Origin: Octopus vulgaris
Taxonomy: Eukaryota
NCBI GenBank assembly: GCA_951406725.2
Contig: OX597836.1
Coordinates: forward strand, 30,690,001-30,754,000
Direction of reading: 5' to 3'
DNA length: 64,000 nucleotides
Positions 63,600 to 64,000 of the stretch are shown in pieces. The notes below the pieces were generated by a model, which did not search any database, was not told the origin of the DNA, and saw only the letters and a list, made by a program, of their open reading frames with translations. The position numbers and the translations under genes were made by a program. Position 1 is the first letter of the stretch, and every line of letters begins with the position of its first letter.

Positions 63600-63765
63600 T
63601 TGATGCCTTCATCTTTCTTTTCTCTTGGACTTTCCTCCATCTTCTGTCTCTGACGAAGAGCTTTCTTTGCTTGAAACGTAAAACTACCTTTCTTTCCTTC
63701 CCTGAGCCTCTGCTAATGCTTTGCATGTACCATGTCCTCACGTTGTTGTTTTTTGTGGGGGGATT
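63600..63765 (+). mobile_element. Hammerhead-motif element, diverged copy
   Basis: gtct-CTGACGA-A-GAGC-TTTCTTT-GCTT-GAAA-CGT-A-aaac at 63646-63684. Shared 3' tail (gtcctcacgttgttgtttttt) followed by (TA)n. Confidence 0.6.
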
Positions 63766-64000
63766 ATATATATATATATGTGCATGCGACAGGTTTCTTT
63801 CAGTTTCTGGCTGCCTACCAAATCCACATACAAGCCTTTGGTTGGCCCGGGGCTATAATAGTACCTATAGTAGAAAGGACTATCATTGTCGGCGGCGGCA
63901 GCACCCCGAGGTCAACTTTGCTTTTCATCCTTTCGAGGTCGATAAATTAAGTACCAGTTACGCACTGGGGTCGATGTAATTGACTTAATCCGTTTGTCTG

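Overview
AT-rich eukaryotic genomic DNA, very likely from an octopus (coleoid cephalopod); this is inferred from the SINE families and microsatellite density and was not confirmed by a search. Four conserved housekeeping genes were reconstructed with GT-AG introns and consistent phases: the 3' six coding exons of LEO1 (+, 2419-9634), complete MRGBP (+, 4 exons, 19796-27880), MED17 with an intronless CDS (-, 45667-47532), and the first eight exons of DNAJC21 (+, 48093-62298, continuing beyond the window), head-to-head with MED17. The rest is mostly mobile DNA: several tRNA-derived SINE families, RTE/CR1 LINE fragments, hAT, mariner, piggyBac-type and Merlin-type elements, and a cluster of non-autonomous Helitrons around the MRGBP 5' end. 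Most notable: (i) a family of short (TA)n-anchored elements carrying minimal hammerhead-ribozyme motifs (Penelope-like); (ii) recurrent (TA)n-flanked fold-back insertions; (iii) a 96-bp near-perfect SINE hairpin; (iv) Helitron head-to-tail and inverted arrangements. No CRISPR, rRNA or bona fide tRNA genes were seen. Most short ORFs in the track are repeat artefacts.
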